Assembly (NCBI RefSeq): GCF_009914755.1
Contig: NC_060925.1
Reading direction: 5' to 3' (one strand)
From: the human T2T-CHM13v2.0 reference genome, Homo sapiens
DNA length: 64,000 bases
The notes under the pieces are model-generated. The model ran no database searches and was not told where the DNA came from. It saw only the letters and a list, made by a program, of their open reading frames with translations. Both the position numbers and the translations under genes were made by a program. This document shows, piece after piece, positions 1 to 14,900 of this stretch (position 1 is the first letter of the stretch; each line of letters starts with the position of its first letter).

Positions 1-1339
1 TGGAATCATCGAATGGACTCGAATGGAATAATCATTGAACGGAATCGAATGGAATCATCATCGGATGGAAACGAATGGAATCATCATCGAATGGAAATGA
101 AAGGAGTCATCATCTAATGGAATTGCATGGAATCATCATAAAATGGAATCGAATGGAATCAACATCAAATGGAATCAAATGGAATCATTGAACGGAATTG
201 AATGGAATCGTCATCGAATGAATTGACTGCAATCATCGAATGGTCTCGAATGGAATCATCTTCAAATGGAATGGAATGGAATCATCGAATAGAATCGAAT
301 GGAATTATCATCGAATGGAATCAACATCAAACGGAAAAAAACGGAATTATCGAATGGAATCGAAGAGAATCATCGAAGGGACCCGAACGGAATCATCTAA
401 TGGAATGGAATGGAATAATCCATGGACTCGAATGCAATCATCATCGAATGGAATCGAATGGAATCATCGAATGGACTCGAATGGAATAATCATTGAACGG
501 AAACGAATGGAATCATCATCGGATGGAAATGAATGGAATCATCATCGAATGGAATCGAATAGAATTATGGAATGAAATCCAGTGTGATCATCATCGAATG
601 GACCCGAATGGAATCATCATCCAACGGAAGCTAATGGAATCAACATCGAATGAATCGAATGGAAACACCATCGAATTGAAACGAATGGAATTATCATGAA
701 ATTGAAATGGATGGACTCATCATCGAATGGATTCGAATGGAATCATCGAATAAAATTGATTGAAATCATCATCGAATGGAATCGAATGGTATCATTGATT
801 GGAATCGAATGGAATCATCATCAGATGGAAATGAATGGAATCGTCATAGAATGGAATCGAATGGATTCATTGAATGGAATCAGATGGAATCATCGAATGG
901 ACTGGAATGGAATCATTGAATGGACTCGAAAGGGATCATGATTGAATGGAATTGAATGGAATCATCGAATGGTCTCGATTGGAATCATTATCAAATGGAA
1001 TCGAATGGAATCACCGAATAGAATCGAATGGAACAATCATCGAATGGACTCAAATGGAATTATCCTCCAATGGAATCGAATGGAATTATCGAATGCAATC
1101 GAATGGAATTATCGAATGCAATCGAATAGAATCATCGAATGGACTCGAATGGAATCATCGAATGGAATGGAATGGAACAGTCAATGAACTCGAATGGAAT
1201 CATCATTGAATGGAATCGAATGGAATCATCGAGTGGAATCGAATGGAATTATGATCAAATGGAATCGAATGTAATCATCATGAAATGGAATCAAAAATAA
1301 CCATCATCAATTGGTATTGAATGGAATTGTCATCAAATG

Positions 1340-4300
1340 GAATTCAAAGGAATCATCATCAAATGGAACCGAATGGAATCCTCATTGAATGGAAATGAAA
1401 GGGGTCATCATCTAATGGAATCGCATGGAATCATCATCAAATGGAATCGAATGGAATCATCATCAAATGGAATCTAATGGAATCATTGAACAGAATTGAA
1501 TGGAATGGTCATCGAATGAATTGAATGCAATCATCGAATGGTCTCGAATGGAATCATCTTCTAATGGAAAGGAATGGAATCATCGCATAGAATCGAATGG
1601 AATTATCATCGAATGGAATCGAATGGTATCAACACCAAACGGAAAAAAACGGAATTATCGAATGGAATCGAAGAGAATCTTCGAACGGACCCGAATGGAA
1701 TCATCTAATGGAATGGAATGGAACAATCCATGGACTCGAATGCAATCATCATCGAATGGAATCGAATGGAATCATCGAATGGACTCGAATGGAATAATCA
1801 TTGAACGGAATCGAATGGAATCATCATCGGATGGAAACGAATGGAATCATCATCGAATGGAAATGAAAGGAGTCATCATCTAATGGAATTGCATGGAATC
1901 ATCATAAAATGGAATCGAATGGAATCAACATCAAATGGAATCAAATGGAATCATTGAACGGAATTGAATGGAATCGTCATCGAATGAATAGACTGCAATC
2001 ATCGAATGGTCTCGGAATCATCTTCAAATGGAATGGAATGGAATCATCGCATAGAATCGAATGGAATTATCATCGAATGGAATCGAATGGAATCAACATC
2101 AAACGGAAAAAAACGGAATTATCGAATGGAATCGAAGAGAATCATCGAATGGACCCGAATGGAATCATCTAATGGAATGGAATGGAATAATCCATGGACT
2201 CGAATGCAATCATCATCGAATGGAATCGAATGGAATCATCGAATGGACTCGAATGGAATAATCATTGAACGGAATCGAATGGAATCATCATCGGATGGAA
2301 ATGAATGGAATCATCATCGAATGGAATCGAATAGAATTATGGAATGAAATCCAGTGTGATCATCATCGAATGGACCCGAATGGAATCATCATCCAACGGA
2401 AGCTAATGGAATCAACATCGAATGAATCGAATGGAAACACCATCGAATTGAAACGAATGGAATTATCATGAAATTGAAATGGATGGACTCATCATCGAAT
2501 GGATTCGAATGCAATCATCGAATAAAATTGATTGAAATCATCACCGAATGGAATCGAATGGTATCATTGAATGGAATCGAATGGAATCATCATCAGATGG
2601 AAATGAATGGAATCGTCATAGAATGGAATCGAATGGATTCATTGAATGGAATCAGATGGAATCATCGAATGGACTGGAATGGAATCATTGAATGGACTCG
2701 AAAGGGATCATGATTGAATGGAATTGAATGGAATCATCGAATGGTCTCGATTGGAATCATTATCAAATGGAATCGAATGGAATCACCGAATAGAATCGAA
2801 TGGAACAATCATCGAATGGACTCAAATGGAATTATCCTCAAATGGAATCGAATGGAATTATCGAATGCAATCGAATGGAATTATCGAATGCAATCGAATA
2901 GAATCATCGAATGGACTCGAATGGAATCATCGAATGGAATGGAATGGAACAGTCAATGAACGCGAATGGAATCATCATTGAATGGAATCGAATGGAATCA
3001 TCGAGTGGAATCGAATGGAATTATGATCAAATGGAATCGAATGTAATCATCATCAAATGAAATCAAAAATAACCATCATCAATTGGTATTGAATGGAATT
3101 GTCATCAAATGGAATTCAAAGGAATCATCATCAAATGGAACCGAATGGAATCCTCATTGAATGGAAATGAAAGGGGTCATCATCTAATGGAATCGCATGG
3201 AATCATCATCAAATGGAATCGAATGGAATCATCATCAAATGGAATCTAATGGAATCATTGAACAGAATTGAATGGAATCGTCATCGAATGAATTGAATGC
3301 AATCATCGAATGGTCTCGAATGGAATCATCTTCTAATGGAAAGGAATGGAATCATCGCATAGAATCGAATGGAATTATCATCGAATGGAATCGAATGGTA
3401 TCAACACCAAACGGAAAAAAACGGAATTATCGAATGGAATCGAAGAGAATCTTCGAACGGACCCGAATGGAATCATCTAATGGAATGGAATGGAATAATC
3501 CATGGACTCGAATGCAATCATCATCGAATGGAATCGAATGGAATCATCGAATGGACTCGAATGGAATAATCATTGAACGGAATCGAATGGAATCATCATC
3601 AGATGGAAACGAATGGAATCATCATCGAATGGAAATGAAAGGAGTCATCATCTAATGGAATTGCATGGAATCATCATAAAATGGAATCGAATGGAATCAA
3701 CATCAAATGGAATCAAATGGAATCATTGAACGGAATTGAATGGAATCGTCATCGAATGAATTGACTGCAATCATCGAATGGTCTCGGAATCATCTTCAAA
3801 TGGAATGGAATGGAATCATCGCATAGAATCGAATGGAATTATCATCGAATGGAATCGAATGGAATCAACATCAAACGGAATAAAACGGAATTATCGAATG
3901 GAATCGAAGAGAATCATCGAATGGACCCGAATGGAATCATCTAATGGAATGGAATGGAATAATCCATGGACTCGAATGCAATCATCATCGAATGGAATCG
4001 AATGGAATCATCGAATGGACTCGAATGGAATAATCATTGAACGGAATCGAATGGAATCATCATCGGATGGAAACGAATGGAATCATCATCGAATGGAATC
4101 GAATAGAATTATGGAATGAAATCCAGTGTGATCATCATCGAATGGACCCGAATGGAATCATCATCCAACGGAAGCTAATGGAATCAACATCGAATGAATC
4201 GAATGGAAACACCATCGAATTGAAACGAATGGAATTATCATGAAATTGAAATGGATGGACTCATCATCGAATGGATTCGAATGGAATCATCGAATAAAAT

Positions 4301-7300
4301 TGATTGAAATCATCATCGAATGGAATCGAATGGTATCATTGAATGGAATCGAATGGAATCATCATCAGATGGAAATGAATGGAATCGTCATAGAATGGAA
4401 TCGAATGGATTCATTGAATGGAATCAGATGGAATCATCGAATGGACTGGAATGGAATCATTGAATGGACTCGAAAGGGATCATGATTGAATGGAATTGAA
4501 TGGAATCATCGAATGGTCTCGATTGGAATCATTATCAAATGGAATCGAATGGAATCACCGAATAGAATCGAATGGAACAATCATCGAATGGACTCAAATG
4601 GAATTATCCTCCAATGGAATCGAATGGAATTATCGAATGCAATCGAATGGAATTATCGAATGCAATCGAATAGAATCATCGAATGGACTCGAATGGAATC
4701 ATCGAATGGAATGGAATGGAACAGTCAATGAACTCGAATGGAATCATCATTGAATGGAATCGAATGGAATCATCGAGTGGAATCGAATGGAATTATGATC
4801 AAATGGAATCGAATGTAATCATCATCAAATGGAATCAAAAATAACCATCATCAATTGGTATTGAATGGAATTGTCATCAAATGGAATTCAAAGGAATCAT
4901 CATCAAATGGAACCGAATGGAATCCTCATTGAATGGAAATGAAAGGGGTCATCATCTAATGGAATCGCATGGAATCATCATCAAATGGAATCGAATGGAA
5001 TCATCATCAAATGGAATCTAATGGAATCATTGAACAGAATTGAATGGAATCGTCATCGAATGAATTGAATGCAATCATCGAATGGTCTCGAATGGAATCA
5101 TCTTCTAATGGAAAGGAATGGAATCATCGCATAGAATCGAATGGAATTATCATCGAATGGAATCGAATGGTATCAACACCAAACGGAAAAAAACGGAATT
5201 ATCGAATGGAATCGAAGAGAATCTTCGAACGGACCCGAATGGAATCATCTAATGGAATGGAATGGAATAATCCATGGACTCGAATGCAATCATCATCGAA
5301 TGGAATCGAATGGAATCATCGAATGGACTCGAATGGAATAATCATTGAACGGAATCGAATGGAATCATCATCAGATGGAAACGAATGGAATCATCATCGA
5401 ATGGAAATGAAAGGAGTCATCATCTAATGGAATTGCATGGAATCATCATAAAATGGAATCGAATGGAATCAACATCAAATGGAATCAAATGGAATCATTG
5501 ATCGGAATTGAATGGAATCATCATCGAATGAATTGACTGCAATCATCGAGTGGTCTCGGAATCATCTTCAAATGGAATGGAATGGAATCATCGCATAGAA
5601 TCGAATGGAATTATCATCGAATGGAATCGAATGGAATCAACATCAAACGGAAAAAAACGGAATTATCGAATGGAATCGAAGAGAATCATCGAATGGACCC
5701 GAATGGAATCATCTAATGGAATGGAATGGAATAATCCATGGACTCGAATGCAATCATCATCGAATGGAATCGAATGGAATCATCGAATGGACTCGAATGG
5801 AATAATCATTGAACGGAATCGAATGGAATCAACATCGGATGGAAATGAATGGAATCATCATCGAATGGAATCGAATAGAATTATGGAATGAAATCCAGTG
5901 TGATCATCATCGAATGGACCCGAATGGAATCATCATCCAACGGAAGCTAATGGAATCAACATCGAATGAATCAAATGGAAACACCATCGAATTGAAACGA
6001 ATGGAATTATCATGAAATTGAAATGGATGGACTCATCATCGAATGGATTCGAATGGAATCATCGAATAAAATTGATTGAAATCATCATCGAATGGAATCG
6101 AATGGTATCATTGAATGGAATCGAATGGAATCATCATCAGATGGAAATGAATGGAATCGTCATAGAATGGAATCGAATGGATTCATTGAATGGAATCAGA
6201 TGGAATCATCGAATGGACTGGAATGGAATCATTGAATGGACTCGAAAGGGATCATGATTGAATGGAATTGAATGGAATCATCGAATGGTCTCGATTGGAA
6301 TCATTATCAAATGGAATCGAATGGAATCACCGAATAGAATCGAATGGAACAATCATCGAATGGACTCAAATGGAATTATCCTCAAATGGAATAGAATGGA
6401 ATTATCGAATGCAATCGAATGGAATTATCGAATGCAATCGAATAGAATCATCGAATGGACTCGAATGGAATCATCGAATGGAATGGAATGGAACAGTCAA
6501 TGAACTCGAATGGAATCATCATTGAATGGAATCGAATGGAATCATCGAGTGGAATCGAATGGAATTATGATCAAATGGAATCGAATGTAATCATCATCAA
6601 ATGGAATCAAAAATAACCATCATCAATTGGTATTGAATGGAATTGTCATCAAATGGAATTCAAAGGAATCATCATCAAATGGAACCGAATGGAATCCTCA
6701 TTGAATGGAAATGAAAGGGGTCATCATCTAATGGAATCGCATGGAATCATCATCAAATGGAATCGAATGGAATCATCATCAAATGGAATCTAATGGAATC
6801 ATTGAACAGAATTGAATGGAATGGTCATCGAATGAATTGAATGCAATCATCGAATGGTCTCGAATGGAATCATCTTCTAATGGAAAGGAATGGAATCATC
6901 GCATAGAATCGAATGGAATTATCATCGAATGGAATCGAATGGTATCAACACCAAACGGAAAAAAACGGAATTATCGAATGGAATCGAAGAGAATCTTCGA
7001 ACGGACCCGAATGGAATCATCTAATGGAATGGAATGGAACAATCCATGGACTCGAATGCAATCATCATCGAATGGAATCGAATGGAATCATCGAATGGAC
7101 TCGAATGGAATAATCATTGAACGGAATCGAATGGAATCATCATCGGATGGAAACGAATGGAATCATCATCGAATGGAAATGAAAGGAGTCATCATCTAAT
7201 GGAATTGCATGGAATCATCATAAAATGGAATCGAATGGAATCAACATCAAATGGAATCAAATGGAATCATTGAACGGAATTGAATGGAATCGTCATCGAA

Positions 7301-10300
7301 TGAATAGACTGCAATCATCGAATGGTCTCGGAATCATCTTCAAATGGAATGGAATGGAATCATCGCATAGAATCGAATGGAATTATCATCGAATGGAATC
7401 GAATGGAATCAACATCAAACGGAAAAAAACGGAATTATCGAATGGAATCGAAGAGAATCATCGAATGGACCCGAATGGAATCATCTAATGGAATGGAATG
7501 GAAAAATCCATGGACTCGAATGCAATCATCATCGAATGGAATCGAATGGAATCATCGAATGGACTCGAATGGAATAATCATTGAACGGAATCGAATGGAA
7601 TCATCATCGGATGGAAATGAATGGAATCATCATCGAATGGAATCGAATAGAATTATGGAATGAAATCCAGTGTGATCATCATCGAATGGACCCGAATGGA
7701 ATCATCATCCAACGGAAGCTAATGGAATCAACATCGAATGAATCGAATGGAAACACCATCGAATTGAAACGAATGGAATTATCATGAAATTGAAAAGGAT
7801 GGACTCATCATCGAATGGATTCGAATGGAATCATCGAATAAAATTGATTGAAATCATCATCGAATGGAATCGAATGGTATCATTGAATGGAATCGAATGG
7901 AATCATCATCAGATGGAAATGAATGGAATCGTCATAGAATGGAATCGAATGGATTCATTGAATGGAATCAGATGGAATCATCGAATGGACTGGAATGGAA
8001 TCATTGAATGGACTCGAAAGGGATCATGATTGAATGGAATTGAATGGAATCATCGAATGGTCTCGATTGGAATCATTATCAAATGGAATCGAATGGAATC
8101 ACCGAATAGAATCGAATGGAACAATCATCGAATGGACTCAAATGGAATTATCCTCAAATGGAATCGAATGGAATTATCGAATGCAATCGAATGGAATTAT
8201 CGAATGCAATCGAATAGAATCATCGAATGGACTCGAATGGAATCATCGAATGGAATGGAATGGAACAGTCAATGAACGCGAATGGAATCATCATTGAATG
8301 GAATCGAATGGAATCATCGAGTGGAATCGAATGGAATTATGATCAAATGGAATCGAATGTAATCATCATCAAATGCAATCAAAAATAACCATCATCAATT
8401 GGTATTGAATGGAATTGTCATCAAATGGAATTCAAAGGAATCATCATCAAATGGAACCGAATGGAATCCTCATTGAATGGAAATGAAAGGGGTCATCATC
8501 TAATGGAATCGCATGGAATCATCATCAAATGGAATCGAATGGAATCATCATCAAATGGAATCTAATGGAATCATTGAACAGAATTGAATGGAATCGTCAT
8601 CGAATGAATTGAATGCAATCATCGAATGGTCTCGAATGGAATCATCTTCTAATGGAAAGGAATGGAATCATCGCATAGAATCGAATGGAATTATCATCGA
8701 ATGGAATCGAATGGTATCAACACCAAACGGAAAAACACGGAATTATCGAATGGAATCGAAGAGAATCTTCGAACGGACCCGAATGGAATCATCTAATGGA
8801 ATGGAATGGAATAATCCATGGACTCGAATGCAATCATCATCGAATGGAATCGAATGGAATCATCGAATGGACTCGAATGGAATAATCATTGAACGGAATC
8901 GAATGGAATCCTCATCAGATGGAAACGAATGGAATCATCATCGAATGGAAATGAAAGGAGTCATCATCTAATGGAATTGCATGGAATCATCATAAAATGG
9001 AATCGAATGGAATCAACATCAAATGGAATCAAATGGAATCATTGAAAGGAATAGAATGGAATCGTCATCGAATGAATTGACTGCAATCATCGAATGGTCT
9101 CGGAATCATCTTCAAATGGAATGGAATGGAATCATCGCATAGAATCGAATGGAATTATCATCGAATGGAATCGAATGGAATCAACATCAAACGGAATAAA
9201 ACGGAATTATCGAATGGAATCGAAGAGAATCATCGAATGGACCCGAATGGAATCATCTAATGGAATGGAATGGAATAATCCATGGACTCGAATGCAATCA
9301 TCATCGAATGGAATCGAATGGAATCATCGAATGGACTCGAATGGAATAATCATTGAACGGAATCGAATGGAATCATCATCGGATGGAAACGAATGGAATC
9401 ATCATCGAATGGAATCGAATAGAATTATGGAATGAAATCCAGTGTGATCATCATCGAATGGACCCGAATGGAATCATCATCCAACGGAAGCTAATGGAAT
9501 CAACATCGAATGAATCGAATGGAAACACCATCGAATTGAAACGAATGGAATTATCATGAAATTGAAATGGATGGACTCATCATCGAATGGATTCGAATGG
9601 AATCATCGAATAAAATTGATTGAAATCATCATCGAATGGAATCGAATGGTATCATTGAATGGAATCGAATGGAATCATCATCAGATGGAAATGAATGGAA
9701 TCGTCATAGAATGGAATCGAATGGATTCATTGAATGGAATCAGATGGAATCATCGAATGGACTGGAATGGAATCATTGAATGGACTCGAAAGGGATCATG
9801 ATTGAATGGAATTGAATGGAATCATCGAATGGTCTCGATTGGAATCATTATCAAATGGAATCGAATGGAATCACCGAATAGAATCGAATGGAACAATCAT
9901 CGAATGGACTCAAATGGAATTATCCTCAAATGGAATCGAATGGAATTATCGAATGCAATCGAATGGAATTATCGAATGCAATCGAATAGAATCATCGAAT
10001 GGACTCGAATGGAATCATCGAATGGAATGGAATGGAACAGTCAATGAACTCGAATGGAATCATCATTGAATGGAATCGAATGGAATCATCGAGTGGAATC
10101 GAATGGAATTATGATCAAATGGAATCGAATGTAATCATCATCAAATGGAATCAAAAATAACCATCATCAATTGGTATTGAATGGAATTGTCATCAAATGG
10201 AATTCAAAGGAATCATCATCAAATGGAACCGAATGGAATCCTCATTGAATGGAAATGAAAGGGGTCATCATCTAATGGAATCGCATGGAATCATCATCAA

Positions 10301-11970
10301 ATGGAATCGAATGGAATCATCATCAAATGGAATCTAATGGAATCATTGAACAGAATTGAATGGAATCGTCATCGAATGAATTGAATGCAATCATCGAATG
10401 GTCTCGAATGGAATCATCTTCTAATGGAAAGGAATGGAATCATCGCATAGAATCGAATGGAATTATCATCGAATGGAATCGAATGGTATCAACACCAAAC
10501 GGAAAAAAACGGAATTATCGAATGGAATCGAAAAGAATCTTCGAATGGACCCGAATGGAATCATCTAATGGAATGGAATGGAATAATCCATGGACTCGAA
10601 TGCAATCATGATCGAATGGAATCGAATGGAATCATCGAATGGACTCGAATGGAATAATCATTGAACGGAATCGAATGGAATCATCATCAGATGGAAACGA
10701 ATGGAATCATCATCGAATGGAAATGAAAGGAGTCATCATCTAATGGAATTGCATGGAATCATCATAAAATGGAATCGAATGGAATCAACATCAAATGGAA
10801 TCAAATGGAATCATTGAACGGAATTGAATGGAATCGTCATCGAATGAATTGACTGCAATCATCGAATGGTCTCGGAATCATCTTCAAATGGAATGGAATG
10901 GAATCATCGCATAGAATCGAATGGAATTATCATCGAATGGAATCGAATGGAATCAACATCAAACGGAAAAAAACGGAATTATCGAATGGAATCGAAGAGA
11001 ATCATCGAATGGACCCGAATGGAATCATCTAATGGAATGGAATGGAATAATCCATGGACTCGAATGCAATCATCATCGAATGGAATCGAATGGAATCATC
11101 GAATGGACTCGAATGGAATAATCATTGAACGGAATCGAATGGAATCATCATCGGATGGAAATGAATGGAATCATCATCGAATGGAATCGAATAGAATTAT
11201 GAAATGAAATCCAGAGTGATCATCATCGAATGGACCCGAATGGAATCATCATCCAACGGAAGCTAATGGAATCAACATCGAATGAATCGAATGGAAACAC
11301 CATCGAATTGAAACGAATGGAATTATCATGAAATTGAAATGGATGGACTCATCATCGAATGGATTCGAATGGAATCATCGAATAAAATTGATTGAAATCA
11401 TCATCGAATGGAATCGAATGGTATCATTGAATGGAATCGAATGGAATCATCATCAGATGGAAATGAATGGAATCGTCATAGAATGGAATCGAATGGATTC
11501 ATTGAATGGAATCAGATGGAAGCATCGAATGGACTGGAATGGAATCATTGAATGGACTCGAAAGGGATCATGATTGAATGGAATTGAATGGAATCATCGA
11601 ATGGTCTCGATTGGAATCATTATCAAATGGAATCGAATGGAATCACCGAATAGAATCGAATGGAACAATCATCGAATGGACTCAATGGAATTATCCTCAA
11701 ATGGAATCGAATGGAATTATCGAATGCAATCGAATGGAATTATCGAATGCAATCGAATAGAATCATCGAATGGACTCGAATGGAATCATCGAATGGAATG
11801 GAATGGAACAGTCAATGAACTCGAATGGAATCATCATTGAATGGAATCGAATGGAATCATCGAGTGGAATCGAATGGAATTATGATCAAATGGAATCGAA
11901 TGTAATCATCATCAAATGGAATCAAAAATAACCATCATCAATTGGTATTGAATGGAATTGTCATCAAATG
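1340..11970 (+). repeat. Block of six units sharing a 4-bp deletion (5 x 1772 bp, 1 x 1771 bp) with a partial 5316-bp trimeric superrepeat
   Basis: GGTCTCGGAATC replaces GGTCTCGAATGGAATC near 2013, 3785, 5557, 7329, 9101 and 10873. The sixth unit has an extra 1-bp loss near 11684. SNPs recur at +5316. Confidence 0.92.
1391..2326 (+). repeat. Internal tandem 468-bp subrepeat pair (A and B) present in every full unit; this is the example copy
   Basis: GGAAATGAAAGGGGTCATC at 1391 recurs as GGAAATGAAAGGAGTCATC at 1859 (+468). Paired MESSSNEL ORFs lie 468 bp apart (e.g. 13194/13662). Diagnostic sites: A has GGAAAGG, GGTATCAACACC, TCTTCGAACGG; B has GACTGC, GGAATCAACATC, TCATCGAATGG. Confidence 0.92.
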
Positions 11971-14900
11971 GAATTCAAAGGAATCATCATCAAATGGAAC
12001 CGAATGGAATCCTCATTGAATTGAAATGAAAGGGGTCATCATCTAATGGAATCGCATGGAATCATCATCAAATGGAATCGAATGGAATCATCATCAAATG
12101 GAATCTAATGGAATCATTGAACAGAATTGAATGGAATCGTCATCGAATGAATTGAATGCAATCATCGAATGGTCTCGAATGGAATCATCTTCTAATGGAA
12201 AGGAATGGAATCATCGCATAGAATCGAATGGAATTATCATCGAATGGAATCGAATGGTATCAACACCAAACGGAAAAAAACGGAATTATCGAATGGAATC
12301 GAAGAGAATCTTCGAACGGACCCGAATGGAATCATCTAATGGAATGGAATGGAATAATCCATGGACTCGAATGCAATCATCATCGAATGGAATCGAATGG
12401 AATCATCAAATGGACTCGAATGGAATAATCATTGAACGGAATCGAATGGAATCATCATCGGATGGAAACGAATGGAATCATCATCGAATGGAAATGAAAG
12501 GAGTCATCATCTAATGGAATTGCATGGAATCATCATAAAATGGAATCGAATGGAATCAACATCAAATGGAATCAAATGGAATCATTGAACGGAATTGAAT
12601 GGAATCGTCATCGAATGAATTGACTGCAATCATCGAATGGTCTCGAATGGAATCATCTTCAAATGGAATGGAATGGAATCATCGCATAGAATCGAATGGA
12701 ATTATCATCGAATGGAATCGAATGGAATCAACATCAAACGGAAAAAAACGGAATTATCGAATGGAATCGAAGAGAATCATCGAATGGACCCGAATGGAAT
12801 CATCTAATGGAATGGAATGGAATAATCCATGGACTCGAATGCAATCATCATCGAATGGAATCGAATGGAATCATCGAATGAACCCGAATGGAATCATCAT
12901 TGAATGGAATCGAATGGAATCATCGAGTGGAATCCAATGGAATTATGATCAAATGGAATCGAATGTAATCATCATCAAATGGAATCAAAAATAACCATCA
13001 TCAATTGGTATTGAATGGAATTGTCATCAAATGGAATTCAAAGGAATCATCATCAAATGGAACCGAATGGAATCCTCATTGAATGGAAATGAAAGGGGTC
13101 ATCATCTAATGGAATCGCATGGAATCATCATCAAATGGAATCGAATGGAATCATCATCAAATGGAATCTAATGGAATCATTGAACAGAATTGAATGGAAT
13201 CGTCATCGAATGAATTGAATGCAATCATCGAATGGTCTCGAATTGAATCATCTTCTAATGGAAATGAATGGAATCATCGCATAGAATCGAATGGAATTAA
13301 CATTGAATGGACTCGAATGGAATCAACATCAAACGGAATCAAGCGGAATTATCGAATGGAATCGAAGAGATTCATCGAATGGACTCGAATGGAATCATCT
13401 AATGGAATGGAATGGAATAATCCATGGACCCGAATGCAATCATCATCTTATAAAATCGAATGGAATCATCGAATGGACTCGAATGGAATAATCATTGAAC
13501 GGAATCGAATGGAATCATCATCGGATGGAAACGAATGGAATCATCATCGAATGGAAATGAAAGGAGTCATCATCTAATGGAATTGCATGGAATCATCATA
13601 AAATGGAATCGAATGGAATCAACATCAAATGGAATCAAATGGAATCATTGAACGGAATTGAATGGAATCGTCATCGAATGAATTGACTGCAATCATCGAA
13701 TGGTCTCGAATGGAATCATCTTCAAATGGAATGGAATGGAATCATCGCATAGAATCGAATGGAATTATCATCGAATGGAATCGAATGGAATCAACCTCAA
13801 ACGTAAAAAAACGGAATTATCGAATGGAATTGAAGAGAATCATCGAATGGACCCGAATGGAATCATCTAATGGAATGGAATGGAATAATCCATGGACTCG
13901 AATGCAATCATCATCGAATGGAATCGAATGGAATCATCGAGTGGACTCGAATGGAATAATCATTGAACGGAATCGAATGGAATCATCATCGGATGGAAAT
14001 GAATGGAATCATCATCGAATGGAATCGAATAGAATTATGGAATGAAATCCAGTGTGATCATCATCGAATGGACCCGAATGGAATCATCATCCAACGGAAG
14101 CTAATGGAATCAACATCGAATGAATCAAATGGAAACATCATCGAATTGAAACGAATGGAATTATCATGAAATTGAAATGGATGGACTCATCATCGAATGG
14201 ATTCGAATGGAATCATCGAATAAAATTGATTGAAATCATCAGCGAATTTAATCGAATGGTATCATTGAATGGAATCGAATGGAATCATCATCAGATGGAA
14301 ATGAATGGAATCGTCATAGAATGGAATCGAACGGATTCATTGAATGGAATCAGATGGAATCATCGAATGGACTGGAATGGAATCATTGAATGGACTCGAA
14401 AGGGATCATGATTGAATGGAATTGAATGGAATCATCGAATGGTCTCGATTGGAATCATTATCAAATGGAATCGAATGGAATCACCGAATAGAATCGAATG
14501 GAACAATCATCGAATGGACTCAAATGGAATTATCCTCCAATGGAATCGAATGGAATTATCGAATGCAATCGAATGGAATTATCGAATGCAATCGAATAGA
14601 ATCATCGAATGGACTCGAATGGAATCATCGAATGGAATGGAATGGAACAGTCAATGAACTCGAATGGAATCATCATTGAATGGAATCGAATGGAATCATC
14701 GAGTGGAATCGAATGGAATTATGATCAAATGGAATCGAATGTAATCATCATCAAATGGAATCAAAAATAACCATCATCAATTGGTATTGAATGGAATTGT
14801 CATCAAATGGAATTCAAAGGAATCATCATCAAATGGAACCGAATGGAATCCTCATTGAATGGAAATGAAAGGGGTCATCATCTAATGGAATCGCATGGAA

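Noticed and set aside
305-330. 10-bp deletion (one GAATGGAATC) in the first partial unit
   Set aside because: Real but an ordinary single slippage event with no further structure visible in this window.
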